A stretch of DNA of 34,639 nucleotides from Dehalococcoidia bacterium (GTDB lineage Bacteria > Chloroflexota > Dehalococcoidia > GIF9 > AB-539-J10), in assembly GCA_030603265.1 (NCBI GenBank), contig JAUVYD010000001.1, forward strand, positions 1 to 34,639, given 5' to 3'. Under the pieces are notes generated by a model. It worked only from the letters and a program-made list of their open reading frames with translations. It did no database searches and had not been told where the DNA came from. Every line of letters starts with the position of its first letter. The first letter of the stretch is position 1. Shown here in pieces: positions 34,534 through 34,639 of the stretch. The position numbers were made by a program, and so were the translations under genes.

Positions 34534-34639
34534 CTACGAGCACGTGGTGTAGCCACAGGATACGCAGATACTGCAGCCCTCCTGGTGGATGAGAGTCCCA
34601 CCGCATTCGGGGCACTGAGCCGAGACTCCCTGCCGCCGG
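34534..34639 (-). CDS. nrdJ: 3' end of a CDS running out of the window; C-terminal zinc-ribbon typical of class II (B12-dependent) ribonucleotide reductase NrdJ
   Basis: The minus strand translates to ..RRQGVSAQCPECGGTLIHQEGCSICVSCGYTTCS* with TAG at 34534-34536. The CPECG-x9-C-x2-C-x2-CG tail is, from memory, characteristic of NrdJ C-termini. Only 35 codons are visible. Confidence 0.5.
   Translation of the reverse strand, partial: RRQGVSAQCPECGGTLIHQEGCSICVSCGYTTCS

Overview
This is a 34.6-kb, high-GC window of a compact bacterial chromosome. The bacterial assignment rests on NAD-dependent LigA, SecDF, long-form HPF, ComF, bacterial Tgt, Shine-Dalgarno sites and sigma70-type -35/-10 boxes. 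A lipoprotein-type TRAP binding protein fits a monoderm, possibly Chloroflexota-like host, but the sequence alone cannot prove that. I call 34 protein-coding regions, many joined by ATGA/GTGA stop-start overlaps. They cover DNA/RNA maintenance (ogt, ligA, thpR, an RNase H-like exonuclease, a Nudix hydrolase, cca), translation and secretion (hpf, secDF), queuosine salvage (tgt-yhhQ), metabolite repair (nnr) and a TRAP transporter. They also include two divergent ADP-forming acyl-CoA synthetase alpha-like genes, a PdxA2/DUF1537 acid-sugar pair, an acyl-CoA dehydrogenase and a purine-salvage operon (nrdJ 3' end, GAF-HPRT fusion, hpt, ade). I saw no rRNA, tRNA, CRISPR array or transposase. The stand-out locus is 12.2-15.8 kb. 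It holds a complete tubulin/FtsZ-superfamily GTPase that looks most like archaeal CetZ, with a beta-tubulin-like GQCGG T1 loop, a GGTGSG signature, a T7 loop and an FtsZ/CetZ-like C-terminal peptide. That gene sits behind a near-consensus promoter abutting its ATG. It converges on two unusual low-complexity alpha-helical repeat proteins: one a near-perfect 11-residue (hendecad) repeat protein, the other a 520-aa Ala/Glu/Ser/Arg-rich protein. I propose this as a candidate, undescribed bacterial cytoskeletal or membrane-associated module. All family calls come from motif recognition by eye; no searches were run.
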